In this document: piece after piece, positions 29,655 through 39,706 of the stretch | Layout of the letters: every line of letters begins with the position of its first letter | Position numbering within the stretch: position 1 is the stretch's first letter | NCBI GenBank assembly: GCA_050012475.1 | Contig: JBEKHC010000001.1 | Location: 32,001-96,000 of the forward strand | Reading direction: 5' to 3' | Source of the DNA: Candidatus Velthaea sp. | GTDB lineage: Bacteria; Vulcanimicrobiota; Vulcanimicrobiia; Vulcanimicrobiales; Vulcanimicrobiaceae | DNA length: 64,000 nt | Made by a program: the position numbers and the translations under genes | Notes under the pieces: model-generated | What the model was told of the DNA's origin: nothing | Database searches by the model: none | The model's input: the letters and a program-made list of their open reading frames with translations, nothing else

Positions 29655-31106
29655 TCAAACGGCGGCCGGGGTTTTGGGCTTGGGCTTGGGATTCAGCACG
29701 TGAATGGCCTTGCCGTGAATGAGTTCGGCGGCATCCATGATCGATTCGGTCAGCGTCGGGTGGGGATGAATCGAGAGGCCAATGTCTTCGATCGTGGCGC
29801 CCATCTCGAGCGCGATCACGCCTTCGCCGATGAGGGATTCGGCCTGCGGTGCGACGATGTGCATACCCAGCAGCAAGTCGGTCTTGGCGTCGCCCACGAG
29901 TTTGATGAGCCCGTCGGATTCGTTCATCGTGCGCGCGCGGCCCGAGGCGATGAGCGGGAACTTGCCGACCGTGATCTCGTAGCCTTTGGCTTTGGCCTCT
30001 TCCTCTGACAGCCCGACGGTTGCGACTTCGGGATCGGTATACACGCAGTTCGGAACCGCGACCGGATCGTAGGCCGACGCCTTGTCGCCCGCGATGACTT
30101 CGGCCGCGACCACGCCCTGTTTCATCGCGCGATGGGCGAGCAGCGGCTGACCGGTGACGTCGCCGATCGCGTAAATGCCGCTTGCTGCGGTGCGCATCTG
30201 CGGATCGACGGCCAAAAAGCCGCGCTCGTCGGTGCTCAGGCCGGCGGCCGCGAGATCGAGCGTGTCGGTGACCGGCCGCCGGCCGACCGCGACGAGCACC
30301 ATGTCGAATTCGCGCGTCTCGGGTTTCTTGTTCGTATACTCGCCGTTGATCGTGGCCTTGACGTTGCCGTCGGCGACTTTTTCCAGGCTTTCGACCGTGG
30401 TGTTGAGGGCGATCTCGATGCCTTGCTTTTTGAGGATGCGCGCGAGGGTCTTGGAGATCTCGAGATCGGTGCCGGTGAGGATGGTGGGGAGCGCCTCGAC
30501 GACCAACACTTTGGCGCCCATGCGCGTGTAGACGGTCGCGAACTCGAGTCCGATCACGCCGCCGCCGACGACGAGCAAGTTGTTCGGGATCCGTCCCAAA
30601 CCCACGGCATCGTCGGAGTTGATGATCGTTTCGCGGTCGCGCGGCCAGGCCTTCACGTCGATCGGTGCCGAGCCGGTCGCGATGACGATCGCCGGAGCGG
30701 TGTACTCGTCGGTTGTGCCGTCGCGCTTCTTGAGGCTGACCGTGTTCTTGCCGGTGAACGTCGCGTCGCCGTACGCGAAGGTGACTTTGTTGGCTTTGAA
30801 CAGCGACTGCACGCCGCCCACGTTGGCTTTCACCACCGAGTCTTTGAACTTGAGGACGCCGGCGCGATCGATCTGGGCCTGCGGCACGGTGATCCCGATT
30901 TCGGCGGCATGATTGATGTGACGCGTCACCTCGCCGACGTGCAGCAGCGCTTTGGTCGGGATGCAACCCCAGTTGAGACAAACGCCGCCGACCTCGTCAC
31001 GGTCGAAACAGACGACGTTCTTGCCGAGTTGACCAAGGCGGATCGCGGCGTGATACCCGCCGGGACCCGCGCCGATGACGATGGCGTCGACGCTGATGGT
31101 TGCCAA
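29655..31106 (-). CDS. lpdA: Dihydrolipoyl dehydrogenase
   Basis: GAGPGG, GGVCLNWGCIPTK, GGGVIGLE, HPHPTLTE. Confidence 0.95.
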   Translation of the reverse strand: MATISVDAIVIGAGPGGYHAAIRLGQLGKNVVCFDRDEVGGVCLNWGCIPTKALLHVGEVTRHINHAAEIGITVPQAQIDRAGVLKFKDSVVKANVGGVQSLFKANKVTFAYGDATFTGKNTVSLKKRDGTTDEYTAPAIVIATGSAPIDVKAWPRDRETIINSDDAVGLGRIPNNLLVVGGGVIGLEFATVYTRMGAKVLVVEALPTILTGTDLEISKTLARILKKQGIEIALNTTVESLEKVADGNVKATINGEYTNKKPETREFDMVLVAVGRRPVTDTLDLAAAGLSTDERGFLAVDPQMRTAASGIYAIGDVTGQPLLAHRAMKQGVVAAEVIAGDKASAYDPVAVPNCVYTDPEVATVGLSEEEAKAKGYEITVGKFPLIASGRARTMNESDGLIKLVGDAKTDLLLGMHIVAPQAESLIGEGVIALEMGATIEDIGLSIHPHPTLTESIMDAAELIHGKAIHVLNPKPKPKTPAAV

Positions 31107-31190
31107 AATAGTTCCTTTCGAGCCGGTATGAACGCTCGGGGTTTCGCCGCGGATGCGCTCGGGCGCTCCTTCTGCCGGCCGCCGACTTGC

Positions 31191-31562
31191 TTAGTGCGGA
31201 CCGGTCACAAGTGCTGCCAGCTTCGCCGGCGCGACCGTCCGGTACGCTTCGGTAATGAAGGCGGCTACCTGCCGCCAATCGGGCTGACGGTCGAGCCGAA
31301 CGCCGATCCAGCCGCGATGGCCGACGTATGCCGGCCGAAAGAAGCGCTCGCCATCACTCGCAATGAGATCGTGCTGCATGCCGTCGGGCGCCGCACACCA
31401 AATCGCGAGCCGCCCGTCGCCGTGATGGTTGTCGAGGAACATGACGAACGTTGCTTTGCCGCGGACGAAAAACGATGGCTGCCCGTGGCTGAGGCGTTCG
31501 CTGGTCTCCGGCAACGCTAGGCACCGCTTGCGGACGCGTGCGAGAGCCGCGGCGTTCGTCAT
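31191..31562 (-). CDS. MmcQ/YjbR family protein
   Basis: CLALPETSERLSHG.P.F, DNHHGDGR, FFRPAYVGHRGWIG; start may be 31607. Confidence 0.85.
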   Translation of the reverse strand: MTNAAALARVRKRCLALPETSERLSHGQPSFFVRGKATFVMFLDNHHGDGRLAIWCAAPDGMQHDLIASDGERFFRPAYVGHRGWIGVRLDRQPDWRQVAAFITEAYRTVAPAKLAALVTGPH

Positions 31563-31743
31563 CCGGTGGTGTCGCGTCGAATCGGCCGACGCATCGAACG
31601 CGTTCATGCTGTCTACGTAGCCGACGAGCAACGTTCGCGTCAAGAGCCGAGCGTACTGCGCAGGCGCTGCGTGCAAATCACGACGAATGGGAATAGACGG
31701 CGTCGGAAACTCGCTGTCGGCCACTGGTGGGGAGATGCAACAC

Positions 31744-32181
31744 ATGCCAAAAGCGACGGTCGTACATGCGGGAGACGCGGTGAGCGCTACGCTGACGTTT
31801 ACGCTGGCGGCCGGGGAAGAAGCGTCGCGCGTGACGCTGCTCATGACGCGGACGCAAGCGCACAGCGAACACTCGGCGGTCGGACGGGCGCGCTGCATCA
31901 TCCTCGAATCAAGCCGCGAGCCGGCGGGACGTTCCCAGAGCGCGATCCGGGCGGCGGGGATCGGCGATGCTCCCCGTGCGCGCTTTCAGACCGAACTGCG
32001 CGGCATCGTTCCAGCGTCGATTTGCGGTGGCACGTACGCGCCGGTGTTTTGCTTTTTCGCCTACGCGAACGGCCAGCCGACAACCGGCTTCGAGATCGAT
32101 GCCGATCAGCGCTTCGCGGTCAGTGTTGCCGACGATGCCGACGCGGTCGATGCCGGACCGGCGATCGTCGAAATCGCGTAG
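31744..32181 (+). CDS. Hypothetical protein
   Basis: ORF with GGGAG RBS; beta-rich; no family recognised. Confidence 0.5.
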   Translation: MPKATVVHAGDAVSATLTFTLAAGEEASRVTLLMTRTQAHSEHSAVGRARCIILESSREPAGRSQSAIRAAGIGDAPRARFQTELRGIVPASICGGTYAPVFCFFAYANGQPTTGFEIDADQRFAVSVADDADAVDAGPAIVEIA

Positions 32182-32200
32182 CGGCCGCGCGCGGGGACGC

Positions 32201-32656
32201 TTATCGGACGAGGCGCCGAACGGGCAGCGTCGCGCAGGTCGTGCTTCCCGCTTCAGCAGCGCCGGGCAAACTCAAGTCGCGGGCCAGCGATTTGATGATG
32301 AACAGCCCGCGGCCCGACTCGGCCAGCGGATCGGCAGGTAAGCACACCGGCGGTGCGACGTAGCGCTTCGCGTCGCTCACCGAGAGCTTGGGAAATTCAC
32401 CGCCCCAATCGAGGCGGATCGTGACCGGCCCGTGGGCGTGCCGGATGAGGTTGCCAATCAACTCGACGCAGATGAGTTCGGCCGACGCGAAGTCGCTGTC
32501 CGCAGCGCCCTCGCGGCGCAACAATTCCATGAGTTCACCCTGCATTGCGCTCGGGTAGATGTCCCCCACAGACTTGAAATGCCACTCCACGCGTGAACCT
32601 CGGTACGGAGTATACCCGTTGCGACCGTGCTCATTTGCTCGGTGTGTAACTATCAT
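32201..32656 (-). CDS. RsbW-like HATPase_c_2 (anti-sigma/Ser kinase) protein
   Basis: ELIGNLIRH, VSD, ESGRGLFII motifs; start uncertain. Confidence 0.75.
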   Translation of the reverse strand: MIVTHRANEHGRNGYTPYRGSRVEWHFKSVGDIYPSAMQGELMELLRREGAADSDFASAELICVELIGNLIRHAHGPVTIRLDWGGEFPKLSVSDAKRYVAPPVCLPADPLAESGRGLFIIKSLARDLSLPGAAEAGSTTCATLPVRRLVR

Positions 32657-32774
32657 AAGCCAGAGCTGCCCAATTTCCTGAATACATCAGTCGGCGCGGC
32701 GAAACCACGGAGGAAAAGGTTTCCATGCCCGCGTGATTCTATCGCATGTTTGCCCTGGAGCGCAGTCGGCGCAC

Positions 32775-34289
32775 GTGACGCCCGCGGCCCCGTTATTGGA
32801 GGTTCGGGCGCTTTCGAAGGGCTTTCCCGGCGTGGCGGCGCTCAGCGACGTGAGCATGACCATCGAAAACGCGGAAGTTCACTGCCTGCTCGGCCAAAAC
32901 GGCGCCGGCAAGAGCACGTTGATCAAAATTCTAGCAGGCGCTCAGTCGCCTGATCGCGGCGAGTTGCGCTGGTGCGGTGAATCGGCGGCCTTCGCGCAGC
33001 CGACCGACGCGCTGGCGCGCGGTATCGCCACCATTTACCAGGAACTGGATCTGATCGGCGGTCTATCGGTCGAGGACAATATTTTTCTGGGTCACGAGCC
33101 CCAGACGTTCGGCTTTTCGCGCCGCAATGCGATCCGCACTGCCGCCCGCGCGCTGCTCGAACGCTTGGGGTGTCCGTCGATTGCCCCTGGTGCGATCGTC
33201 GAATCGCTGTCGTCCGCCGAGCAACAGCTGGTGAGCGTGGCGCGCGCGCTGTCGTATCGCGCCCGGCTGCTGATCATGGACGAGCCGACGGCCGTGCTCG
33301 ACCGAGGCGAGGTCGAAACGCTGTTTCGGATCATTCGCGAGCTGGTGGCCGACGGCGTGGCCATCATCTATATCTCGCACCGGCTCGACGAGATTCGCGA
33401 GATCGGCGACGTCGTGACCGTGCTCAAAGACGGCCGGACGATCGGTGAGCGGTTGCCGGCGCGAACGACGTCGACGCCCGAGCTCGTCCGACTCATGACC
33501 GGTCGCAGCGTCGAATATCCGTTTCCACCACGACCCCCCGTCGAGCAGGCCGATTCCCGGCCGGCGGTGTTGCAAGTGATGCAGCTATCGCGCGCCGGAG
33601 CATTTACCGACGTGTCGTTCGACATTCGCGCGGGTGAGATCGTCGGTTTGGCCGGGCTCGTGGGCTCCGGCCGCTCCGAGCTGCTCGAAACGATCTACGG
33701 CGCCGCCCGCGCCACCGCGGGCAGCGTTCGGGTCGGGGGCAGCCCCTTGCCCGGCGGATCGACCGAGGCTTCCGTCGCGCGCGGGATCGGCCTGGCTCCC
33801 GAAGAGCGCAAGCGCCAAGCGCTGCTGCTCGACGACAGCGTGTACCACAACGTATCGCTGCCGTCGCTGGGGCGCTTCGCGCGCGGCGGCTGGATCGATG
33901 CCCGGCGTGAATTGGCGGCGGCGGCCGGCGTTCTGACATCGCTCGACGTTCGTCCGGCCGATCCGCAGCGCATCGTGCGCGAACTCTCGGGCGGCAATCA
34001 ACAGAAGGTCGTCGTTGCGCGCTGGCTGCTGCGGGAATGCGCGTTGCTGATGCTCGACGAGCCGACCCGGGGCGTCGACGTCGGCGCGCGCGCAGATCTG
34101 TACGCGCTCGTGCGAACGCTGGCCAACGACGGCATCGGGATCTTGCTCGTCTCGAGCGAGATTCCCGAAGTCTTGGGCTTGGCGGACCGCGTGCTCGTGC
34201 TGCGCGAAGGACGCATTATTCATCAGGCGCCGGCCGGCGAACTCGACGAAGCGCGCGTGCTCGATCTGATCATGGCCGGACACGCATGA
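32775..34289 (+). CDS. Sugar ABC transporter ATP-binding protein (RbsA/MglA type)
   Basis: GQNGAGKST, MDEPT, LSGGNQQKV, DEPTRGVDVG. Confidence 0.93.
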   Translation: MTPAAPLLEVRALSKGFPGVAALSDVSMTIENAEVHCLLGQNGAGKSTLIKILAGAQSPDRGELRWCGESAAFAQPTDALARGIATIYQELDLIGGLSVEDNIFLGHEPQTFGFSRRNAIRTAARALLERLGCPSIAPGAIVESLSSAEQQLVSVARALSYRARLLIMDEPTAVLDRGEVETLFRIIRELVADGVAIIYISHRLDEIREIGDVVTVLKDGRTIGERLPARTTSTPELVRLMTGRSVEYPFPPRPPVEQADSRPAVLQVMQLSRAGAFTDVSFDIRAGEIVGLAGLVGSGRSELLETIYGAARATAGSVRVGGSPLPGGSTEASVARGIGLAPEERKRQALLLDDSVYHNVSLPSLGRFARGGWIDARRELAAAAGVLTSLDVRPADPQRIVRELSGGNQQKVVVARWLLRECALLMLDEPTRGVDVGARADLYALVRTLANDGIGILLVSSEIPEVLGLADRVLVLREGRIIHQAPAGELDEARVLDLIMAGHA

Positions 34290-35260
34290 GCCGGCCGATC
34301 GTTGCCGCCACGCTTCCCCGTTCGCTGCGCAGCCGTTTGTTCGGTGCCCATAACATCGGGTTGATCGCGGCGTTCGTTGCGATCGTCGCGGCCGGTTCGC
34401 TGCTGTCGCCGTATTTCTTGACCGCGTCGAACGTGCTGACGATTCTGACCACCGCTTCGGTCATCGGCGTCATCTCGGTCGGCATGACGTTCATCATTTT
34501 AGCCGGCGGCATCGATCTGTCCGTCGGCGCGATCGTTGCGCTGGCCGGCGTTTGCGCGACGACTCCCGCGAGCCAGTCGCTGGGGTGGCTGACCATGGTC
34601 GCCATTTGCATCGCCGTCGCGGCAATCGTCGGACTGCTCAACGGCGTGCTCATCGCCTACGGGCGAATGGTGCCGTTCATTGCGACGCTGGCGATGCTCG
34701 TCGCGGCGCGCGGGCTCGCGCAGCACATCTCGGGCGGCGTGCCCCAAACCGTCGACGATGCGACGTTCAACGACATCGGTTCGGCGCTCGTGTTGGGTGT
34801 GCCGTTGCCGGTGTGGGTGTTTGCTGCGGTCGTCGTCATCGGTTGGGTCGTGCTCAATCGCACGACGTTCGGCCGGCGCACGATCGCGATCGGCGGCAAC
34901 CCCGAGGCCAGCCGGCTCGCCGGGATCAACGTCGCACGGCAGACGCTCGTCCTCTACGTGCTGTCGGGCGTGTGCGCCGGCGTCGCGAGCGTGCTGCTCA
35001 CGGCGCGCTTGACGTCGGGATCGAACGATGTCGGCAACCTGTACGAGCTCGATGCGATCGCGGCGGTGATCATCGGCGGAACGCGGTTGACCGGAGGGCG
35101 CGGAACCCTGGCTGGCTCGATCGTCGGCGTGCTCATCTTCACCCTGATCAGCAACATCTTCGTGCTCGAAAATCTCCCCTCCGACATCCAGAGCATCGCC
35201 AAGGGCGTGATCATCGTCGCTGCCGTGCTGCTGCAGCGCAGAAGTGGTTCTTCAAAATAG
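34286..35260 (+). CDS. Sugar ABC transporter permease (RbsC type)
   Basis: GGIDLSVG, FGR...AIGGNPEASRLAG, YELDAIAAVIIGG. Confidence 0.93.
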   Translation: MSRPIVAATLPRSLRSRLFGAHNIGLIAAFVAIVAAGSLLSPYFLTASNVLTILTTASVIGVISVGMTFIILAGGIDLSVGAIVALAGVCATTPASQSLGWLTMVAICIAVAAIVGLLNGVLIAYGRMVPFIATLAMLVAARGLAQHISGGVPQTVDDATFNDIGSALVLGVPLPVWVFAAVVVIGWVVLNRTTFGRRTIAIGGNPEASRLAGINVARQTLVLYVLSGVCAGVASVLLTARLTSGSNDVGNLYELDAIAAVIIGGTRLTGGRGTLAGSIVGVLIFTLISNIFVLENLPSDIQSIAKGVIIVAAVLLQRRSGSSK

Positions 35261-35280
35261 CCCAAACGAAAGGTCGAATC

Positions 35281-36267
35281 GTGAAAAGATCAGAGCTGGT
35301 CCAAGGTGCCGCCGTCGTCGCGGCCGGTGCGGCGTTCGCCGGAACGGCGACGCTCGCCGACGTCCAGGCCGCGCACGCGCAAAGCGGGAAGAAGATCAAC
35401 ATCGGATTTTCCGCGCCCGGTGCCAATCACGGCTGGCTGGCCGCGATTACGAAAAACGCCAAAGCGCAAGCGGCGAAATACCCCGACGTCGAACTCGCGT
35501 TGACCGAAGGCAATTCGACTTCGGCCGAACAGATCGGACAGATCGAAACACTGATCAATCGCAAAGTCGACGTGCTGGTGATCTTGCCGCAAGAGGGTCA
35601 GGCGCTCACCGCAGTGGCGATCAAAGCCATGCGCGCCGGAATTCCGGTGGTCAATCTCGATCGCATCTTCAGTTCGCCGCTGGCGTACCGCACGTGGATC
35701 GGCGGCGACAACTACGGGATGGGTGTCTCGGCGGGAAACTATATCGGTCAGACGCTCAAAAAGGGCAAAGTCGTCGAGATCGCCGGGCTTGATTCGCTCG
35801 AACTCACCAAACAGCGCAGCGCCGGGTTTGCCGACGCGCTCAAGGGCTATCCGGGCATCGAGGTCGTCGCGCGTCAGGCCGCCGATTTCACCCCCGATAC
35901 GGGCGAACGCGTGATGGCCAACGTATTGCAGGCCCAGCCGCACATCGACGCGGTGTGGAATCACGACGACGATCAGGGCATCGGCGTCGAGGCAGCGATT
36001 CGCAATGCGCACCGTTCGGAATTCTTCATGGTCGGCGGTGCGGGATCGAAGCACGCGATGGACGTGATCCGCTCGGGCGGCATCATCAAAGCCACGGTCC
36101 TGTATTCGCCGTCGATGGCGGCGTCGGCGATCAACTTGGCACGGCTGATCGGCATGGGTCGCGGCCTGTCGGAGACCGCCGAGAAAGTCGTTCCGTCGTC
36201 GATCACGCTGTATTCCGCGGTCGTCACCAAAGAGAACGTTGCCCAGTACGCCGACGTCGGTTTCTAG
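35281..36267 (+). CDS. Sugar ABC substrate-binding protein
   Basis: Signal peptide, GIPVVNLDR, IGGDNYGMG, WNHDDDQ. Confidence 0.9.
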   Translation: MKRSELVQGAAVVAAGAAFAGTATLADVQAAHAQSGKKINIGFSAPGANHGWLAAITKNAKAQAAKYPDVELALTEGNSTSAEQIGQIETLINRKVDVLVILPQEGQALTAVAIKAMRAGIPVVNLDRIFSSPLAYRTWIGGDNYGMGVSAGNYIGQTLKKGKVVEIAGLDSLELTKQRSAGFADALKGYPGIEVVARQAADFTPDTGERVMANVLQAQPHIDAVWNHDDDQGIGVEAAIRNAHRSEFFMVGGAGSKHAMDVIRSGGIIKATVLYSPSMAASAINLARLIGMGRGLSETAEKVVPSSITLYSAVVTKENVAQYADVGF

Positions 36268-36273
36268 CCCGGC

Positions 36274-37242
36274 ATGAACATTTGCGTCGTCGGCTCGACG
36301 ATGGTCGACCTCGTTACGCGCGTGCCGCGGTTGCCGCAGGCGGGCGAAACGTTGGCGGGATACTCGTTCTCGCTGGGCTACGGTGGGAAGGGCGGAAACC
36401 AAGCGGTCACCGCCGCGCGGCTCGGCGCGCACGTCACGCTCGTCACGCGCATCGGCACCGACGTTTTCGGTGACGGTGCGTTGGCGAATTATCGCGCCGC
36501 CGGTTTCGACGTGCGTTACGTGCTGCGCACCGCGCAGCACGCAACGGGCGTTGCGACGATCCTCGTCGACGATGCCGCGCAGAATTGCATCGCGATCGCG
36601 CCGGGTGCGAACGCCCAACTTTCAGACCAGGACGTTCAAGGGGCAAGCGCCGCGATCGGTGCCGCCGACGTCGTCGTGTGTCAGCTCGAAGTCCCCGTGG
36701 CCGCGGCCATCGCGGCCTTCCGCATCGCGCGCGCCGCCGGCGTCAAGACCATCTTCAATCCGGCGCCCGCAGCGCCGGTTCCGGATGAAATCTGGCAACT
36801 CACCGACGTCGCGACGCCGAACGAAACCGAAGTCGAACTGCTGACCGGGATTCGCGCCGACAGCGACGAGCATGCCGAGCGCGCCGCGCGCGCGTTGCTC
36901 GAGCGCGGGGCGCGTGCGGTGATCCTGACGCTGGGAACGCGCGGCTCGCTGGTCGTGACGCCGGAAGGCACCGATCGCATCGCACCGGTGAGCGTCGAAG
37001 CAGTCGACTCGACCGGGGCGGGTGACGCCTACGTCGGAACGCTCGCCGTCTGCTTGGGTGCGGGATTCTCGCTGGTCGATGCGGCGCGGCGCGCGAATCT
37101 CGTCGCTGCGTTATCCGTCACTCGCCCCGGAACGCAAACGTCGTTTCCGGATGCGGCGCAAGCGCGGGAATTTCTGGGCCGCTACAATCTCGAATTGCTG
37201 CCCGACCCTCCGGCGCAAAGCACTGCGCCCACCGTAGCTTGA
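36274..37242 (+). CDS. rbsK: Ribokinase / PfkB family kinase
   Basis: GGKGGNQA, QLEVP, FNPAP, PNETE, DSTGAGDA. Confidence 0.85.
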   Translation: MNICVVGSTMVDLVTRVPRLPQAGETLAGYSFSLGYGGKGGNQAVTAARLGAHVTLVTRIGTDVFGDGALANYRAAGFDVRYVLRTAQHATGVATILVDDAAQNCIAIAPGANAQLSDQDVQGASAAIGAADVVVCQLEVPVAAAIAAFRIARAAGVKTIFNPAPAAPVPDEIWQLTDVATPNETEVELLTGIRADSDEHAERAARALLERGARAVILTLGTRGSLVVTPEGTDRIAPVSVEAVDSTGAGDAYVGTLAVCLGAGFSLVDAARRANLVAALSVTRPGTQTSFPDAAQAREFLGRYNLELLPDPPAQSTAPTVA

Positions 37243-37321
37243 GCGAACACATCGAAAGCCTGCCGCCGCTGGGTCGCGCGATCCACCTGCGCGTTCTTGG
37301 ATAAAAGGGACTTGGGACGAA

Positions 37322-38569
37322 ATGACAACAACTTCGGAATCGCAAAGCGCGACCGCACGACCGAAGCCGTCGATCGGCGTCGGTATGGCCGGCTACGCCT
37401 TCATGGGCGCCGCACATTCGCAAGCCTGGCGGACCGTGGGCCGGGTGTTCGACTTGGCCCTGGCCCCCACGATGGTTGCGATTGCCGGCCGGAACCGGAC
37501 CGCGGTCGCGGCGGCCGCGGAACGCTTTGGCTGGCAGTCGTTCGAGACCGATTGGCATCGCTTGATCGAGCGGGCGGATATCGATCTCGTCGACATCTGT
37601 ACGCCGGGTTCGTCGCACGCTGAGATCGCGATCGCTGCGTTGCGCGCCGGAAAGCACGTGCTATGCGAGAAGCCGCTGGCGAACACGCTCGCCGAAGCCG
37701 AAGCGATGACGCTCGAAGCCGATCGCGCGGCGGAACGCGGCGTGCGCACGATGGTCGGCTTCAGCTACCGGCGCGTCCCGGCAATCGCGTTCGCGCGCCA
37801 GATGATCGCCGAGGGGCGGCTGGGGACCATCCGCCACGTCCGCGCGCAGTATCTGCAAGACTGGATCGTCGACCCTCAATTCCCGCTGGTCTGGCGGTTG
37901 CGCGCCGAAGAAGCCGGATCGGGCGCGCTGGGCGACATCGGCGCGCATATCATCGACGCGACGCAGTTTATTTTGGGCGACCGCATCGCCGGCGTGAGCG
38001 GATTATCGGAAACCTTCGTCAAGGAGCGGCCGCTCCCGGCGCAGAGCGCGGGCGGCGGCCTGCAAGCGACGGGTGCGGCGGGCCGCGGAGCCGTGACCGT
38101 CGACGACGCTGTCGTTTTCATCGCGCGCTTCGCCGGCGGTGCGCTGGCAACGTTCGAGGCGACGCGGTTTGCGACGGGTCGAAAGAATTCGCTGCGGCTG
38201 GAGTTCAACGGCGAGCTGGGTTCGCTCGCGTTCGATCTCGAGGCGTTCAACGAACTCCACTATTTCGACCGCAGCGGACCCGCGACAACGCAAGGTTTCC
38301 GGCGCATCCTCGTCACCGAGCCCGAGCATCCGTACATGGCGGCGTGGTGGCCGCCCGGGCATATCATCGGCTACGAACACACCTTCACCCACGAAGTCCG
38401 CGACCTGCTTGAAGCGATCGCCCAAGGGCGCGATCCGGCGCCGGCGTTTCGCGACGGACTGCAAGTGCAGCGCGTGCTCGACGCGGTCGGCCGCAGCGCT
38501 GCCGCGAACGCAGGTTGGATGGCCGTTCCGCTCGACAACGCCGTTTTGACTGGAGGCCCACAGAAATGA
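37322..38569 (+). CDS. Gfo/Idh/MocA oxidoreductase
   Basis: [30 protein letters not shown]. Confidence 0.92.
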   Translation: MTTTSESQSATARPKPSIGVGMAGYAFMGAAHSQAWRTVGRVFDLALAPTMVAIAGRNRTAVAAAAERFGWQSFETDWHRLIERADIDLVDICTPGSSHAEIAIAALRAGKHVLCEKPLANTLAEAEAMTLEADRAAERGVRTMVGFSYRRVPAIAFARQMIAEGRLGTIRHVRAQYLQDWIVDPQFPLVWRLRAEEAGSGALGDIGAHIIDATQFILGDRIAGVSGLSETFVKERPLPAQSAGGGLQATGAAGRGAVTVDDAVVFIARFAGGALATFEATRFATGRKNSLRLEFNGELGSLAFDLEAFNELHYFDRSGPATTQGFRRILVTEPEHPYMAAWWPPGHIIGYEHTFTHEVRDLLEAIAQGRDPAPAFRDGLQVQRVLDAVGRSAAANAGWMAVPLDNAVLTGGPQK

Positions 38570-39570
38570 GACCGATGACGCTCTTCACCGGACAATGGGC
38601 GGATCTGCCGCTGCGCGTCGTGTGCGAGAAGGCTGCGGCGTGGGGGTACGACGGACTCGAGCTTGCCTGTTGGGGCGATCACTTCGAGGTCGACAAAGCG
38701 CTGGCCGACGATTCTTACGTGGGCGAGAAACGACGGCTTTTGGAGTCGTACGGTCTGGGCTGCTGGATCATTTCCAATCATTTGGTGGGACAAGCGGTGT
38801 GCGATCACCCGATCGATCTGCGCCATAAGAACATTTTGCCGCCGCGCATTTGGGGCGACGGCGACCCCGAAGGCGTTCGCCGCCGGGCTGCCGAGGAGAT
38901 GAAAGACACGGCGCGCGCGGCGGCAAAATTCGACGTGAAAACCGTCGTCGGCTTTACGGGCTCGAAGATCTGGATCACGCTCGCAGGTTTTCCACCCGTG
39001 CCGCCCGAGATGATCGACGACGGCTATCGGGATTTCGCCGACCGCTGGAATCCCATCATCGACGTCTTCGATTCCGTCGGCGTGCGCTTTGCGCACGAAG
39101 TCCATCCGTCCGAAATCGCATACGATTACTGGACGACGAAACGCGCGCTCGAGGCGATGTCGAACCGGCCCGGTTTCGGTTTGAATTTCGATCCCAGTCA
39201 CTTCATCTGGCAGGATCTCGACCCGATTGCGTTCTTGCGCGATTTCGCCGATCGCATCTATCACGTCGACTGCAAAGAGTCGGTCCGTCATCTCGACGGA
39301 CGCAACGGCCGGTTAGCGTCGCATCTGCCCTTCGGCGATCTGCGCCGCGGCTGGGATTTCGTCTCCGTCGGCCACGGGGACGTGCCGTGGGAGCACTGCT
39401 TTCGCATGCTCAACGCGATCGGATACGACGGCCCGATCTCCGTCGAGTGGGAAGATTCGGGCATGGATCGCGAACTGGGCGCACCCGAAGCGCTGGCCTT
39501 CTTGCGCAAGCTGAACTTCAGCCCGCCGGCCACGGCGTTCGACGCGGCGTTCGCGAGTTCGAGCGCCTAG
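38566..39570 (+). CDS. Xylose-isomerase-like TIM-barrel sugar epimerase/lyase
   Basis: [33 protein letters not shown]. Confidence 0.88.
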   Translation: MRPMTLFTGQWADLPLRVVCEKAAAWGYDGLELACWGDHFEVDKALADDSYVGEKRRLLESYGLGCWIISNHLVGQAVCDHPIDLRHKNILPPRIWGDGDPEGVRRRAAEEMKDTARAAAKFDVKTVVGFTGSKIWITLAGFPPVPPEMIDDGYRDFADRWNPIIDVFDSVGVRFAHEVHPSEIAYDYWTTKRALEAMSNRPGFGLNFDPSHFIWQDLDPIAFLRDFADRIYHVDCKESVRHLDGRNGRLASHLPFGDLRRGWDFVSVGHGDVPWEHCFRMLNAIGYDGPISVEWEDSGMDRELGAPEALAFLRKLNFSPPATAFDAAFASSSA

Positions 39571-39622
39571 GCAGACCGGACTTCGCGACCAGCGGTGTGC
39601 GCTCGCGCACGGCTGTGCTGGC

Positions 39623-39682
39623 TAAGGCTTCTTTGTCAACTCTCCGATACAAGCCGTACGGCGCTCGTAAAGCGTCGGTAAA
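39623..39682 (+). promoter_or_regulatory. Sigma28-type promoter plus GTAAA-N6-GTAAA direct repeat
   Basis: TAAG-N16-TCCGATAC (39623-39650); gtaaagcgtcggtaaa (39667-39682). Confidence 0.5.
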
Positions 39683-39706
39683 TTTCGCGCCCGGAGAGCC
39701 GAACAA

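Noticed and set aside
28948..30981. 677-aa LipB fusion (likewise the long N-extensions of tmk, holB, cysNC, permeases, SBP, MocR, mutY)
   Set aside because: The extensions are Arg/Pro-rich off-frame overlaps of upstream genes; real starts lie at or near the upstream stop codons.
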